The notes beneath the pieces were generated by a model that worked only from the letters and a program-made list of their open reading frames with translations, was not told where the DNA came from and did not search any database. Source: Planctomycetota bacterium (GTDB lineage: Bacteria; Planctomycetota; UBA1135; UBA2386). From it: a stretch of 64,000 nucleotides of DNA. The position numbers were made by a program, and so were the translations under genes. The DNA lies in NCBI GenBank assembly GCA_965223545.1, contig OZ245006.1:4128001-4192000 (forward strand). The letters run 5' to 3'. Of the stretch, positions 62,474 to 64,000 are shown one piece after another. How positions within the stretch are numbered: the stretch's first letter is position 1; every line of letters starts with the position of its first letter.

Positions 62474-64000
62474 TTGTCGTCGTCCGATTGCAGCACCACC
62501 AAGAACGCCTTCTGTGGGATCTCGACGTTGCCGACTTGTCGCATGCGCTTCTTGCCCGCCTTTTGCTTCTCGAGCAGCTTGCGCTTTCGGGTGATGTCAC
62601 CGCCGTAGCACTTGGCGGTGACGTTCTTGGACAGCGCGCGGATGTTCTCGCGCGCGACGATCTTGCCGCCGATCGCAGCCTGCAGGGCGACCTCGAACAG
62701 GTGTCTCGGGATCTCCTTGCGCAGCTTCTTGAGGATGGTCCGACCGCGGTTCTCGGCGTCGTCGCGATGGCACAGGAAAGACAGCGCGTCGACCTCGTTG
62801 CCGCTGACGAGGATGCGGACCTTGACCAGGTTGGAGGTCTGGTAGCCCTGCACCTCGTAGTCCATGGTGCCGAAGCCCCGCGTCATGGACTTCAGCTTGT
62901 CGTGGAAATCGAAGATGATCTCGGCGAACGGCATCTCGAACGAGAGCATGACGCGTTGGGCGCCATAATGCTCCGTGTTGAGATAAACACCGCGGCGCTC
63001 GGTGCAGAGCTTCATCACCGCGCCGATCGACGCGGTCGGCACCACGATGTTGCAGCGCACGATGGGCTCGAGGTACTCGTCGATGTGGGTGGCATCGGGC
63101 AGGTCGGCCGGCGAGTGGATCTCGACCGTCTCGCCGGTGGTCTTCACCACGCGGTAGGTCACGTTGGGTGCGGTCTGCACCAGGTCCATGTCCTCCTCGC
63201 GCTCGAGGCGCTGCTGGATGATCTCCATGTGCAGCAGACCCAAGAAGCCGCAGCGAAAACCGAAGCCGAGGGCGTCGGAAGTCTCCGGCTCGAAGTCGAA
63301 CGACGAGTCGTTGAGGCGCAGCTTCTCCAGGGACTTGCGCAGGTCTTCGAAGTCGCCCGGGTTGGTCGGATAGAAGCCGCAGAACACCATCGGCTTGGGC
63401 TCCTTGAAGCCCGGCAGCGCGCTGGCGCGCAGGCTTTCCTTGGCGTGGGTCAGGGTGTCGCCGACGACCACGTCCTGCAGGCGCTTGATGTTGGAGATCA
63501 GATAGCCGACTTCGCCGGCGGCCATCTCCTGCACCGGCGTCATGCGCGGTCGCAGGTGGCCGATCTCGAGCACTTCGTACTCGGTCTGCGTGCCGAGCAT
63601 GTAGATCATGTCGCCCTTCTTGATGGTGCCGTGCAGCACGCGCAAGTAGACGACGACGCCCCGATAGTCGTTGTACTCCGCGTCGAAGATCAGCGCTTGC
63701 AGCTTGCCGGCGGGATCGCCGGTCGGCGGCGGCACCAACTTGACGATGGCGGCGAGCACTTGGTCGACGTTTGCGCCGGTCTTGGCGGAGACCGCGATCG
63801 CGTCTTCGGCGGGGATGCAGATGGCGTCCTCGATCTCGGTGGCGACCTCCTCGGGCCGCGCGTGCGGCAGGTCCATCTTGTTGAGCACCGGCACGACGGC
63901 CAGCTGGGCCTGCTCGGCCAGGTGGGCGTTGACGACCGTTTGCGCCTCCACTCCCTGCGAGGCGTCGACCAGCAGTAGTGCGCCCTCGCAAGCCTGCAGG
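62470..64000 (-). CDS. lepA: Elongation factor 4 (5' end outside the window)
   Basis: LGFGFRCGFLGLLHMEI, KNVTAKCYGGDITRKRKLLEKQKAGKKRM. Confidence 0.97.
   Translation of the reverse strand, partial: LQACEGALLLVDASQGVEAQTVVNAHLAEQAQLAVVPVLNKMDLPHARPEEVATEIEDAICIPAEDAIAVSAKTGANVDQVLAAIVKLVPPPTGDPAGKLQALIFDAEYNDYRGVVVYLRVLHGTIKKGDMIYMLGTQTEYEVLEIGHLRPRMTPVQEMAAGEVGYLISNIKRLQDVVVGDTLTHAKESLRASALPGFKEPKPMVFCGFYPTNPGDFEDLRKSLEKLRLNDSSFDFEPETSDALGFGFRCGFLGLLHMEIIQQRLEREEDMDLVQTAPNVTYRVVKTTGETVEIHSPADLPDATHIDEYLEPIVRCNIVVPTASIGAVMKLCTERRGVYLNTEHYGAQRVMLSFEMPFAEIIFDFHDKLKSMTRGFGTMDYEVQGYQTSNLVKVRILVSGNEVDALSFLCHRDDAENRGRTILKKLRKEIPRHLFEVALQAAIGGKIVARENIRALSKNVTAKCYGGDITRKRKLLEKQKAGKKRMRQVGNVEIPQKAFLVVLQSDDDK

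Noticed and set aside
1..64000. Many long overlapping or antisense ORFs (e.g. 6323-8569 +, 8566-11091 +, 27218-29674 -, 38908-40116 -, 52653-54608 -)
   Set aside because: Arg/Ala/Pro-rich shadow frames expected at about 70% GC; each overlaps a gene with clear family motifs.
1..64000. CRISPR array, rRNA or IS element
   Set aside because: No regularly spaced repeat-spacer series, rRNA-like tract, transposase or terminal inverted repeats seen.

Overview
High-GC bacterial chromosome segment, most likely Planctomycetota. This is inferred from the lepA-lepB(large insertion)-lptB order, the HPHGESVVYP GyrA motif, a long GreA fusion, an ECF sigma factor with a TM extension and carboxypeptidase-regulatory-like repeat proteins. 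Most of the window is housekeeping and envelope genes (rluA-like, cyaY, moxR, fabI, mutY, gyrA, rpiA, feoAB, murJ, greA fusion, lptB, lepB, lepA). The standout is a compact ~14.7 kb element (30940-45601) integrated in the 3' end of a tRNA(CAT), probably Ile2. It is bounded by a perfect 20-bp att duplication and has paired GTGTGCACTC arm-type repeats at both ends. It encodes a Rep-like double-HTH protein with internal iteron-like repeats, a ParB-like protein, an RHH protein with palindromic operators plus a duplicated copy of its C-terminal domain, a full-length phage tail tape-measure protein, a DUF5681/small-terminase-like protein, a second tyrosine recombinase, and an excisionase-integrase pair. 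I recognise no capsid, portal, large terminase, tail tube or lysis gene. The best reading is an intact phage satellite that brings its own tape measure. A second notable item is an unassigned structured RNA candidate followed by a terminator just upstream of cyaY. All assignments come from motif recognition by eye; no searches were run.
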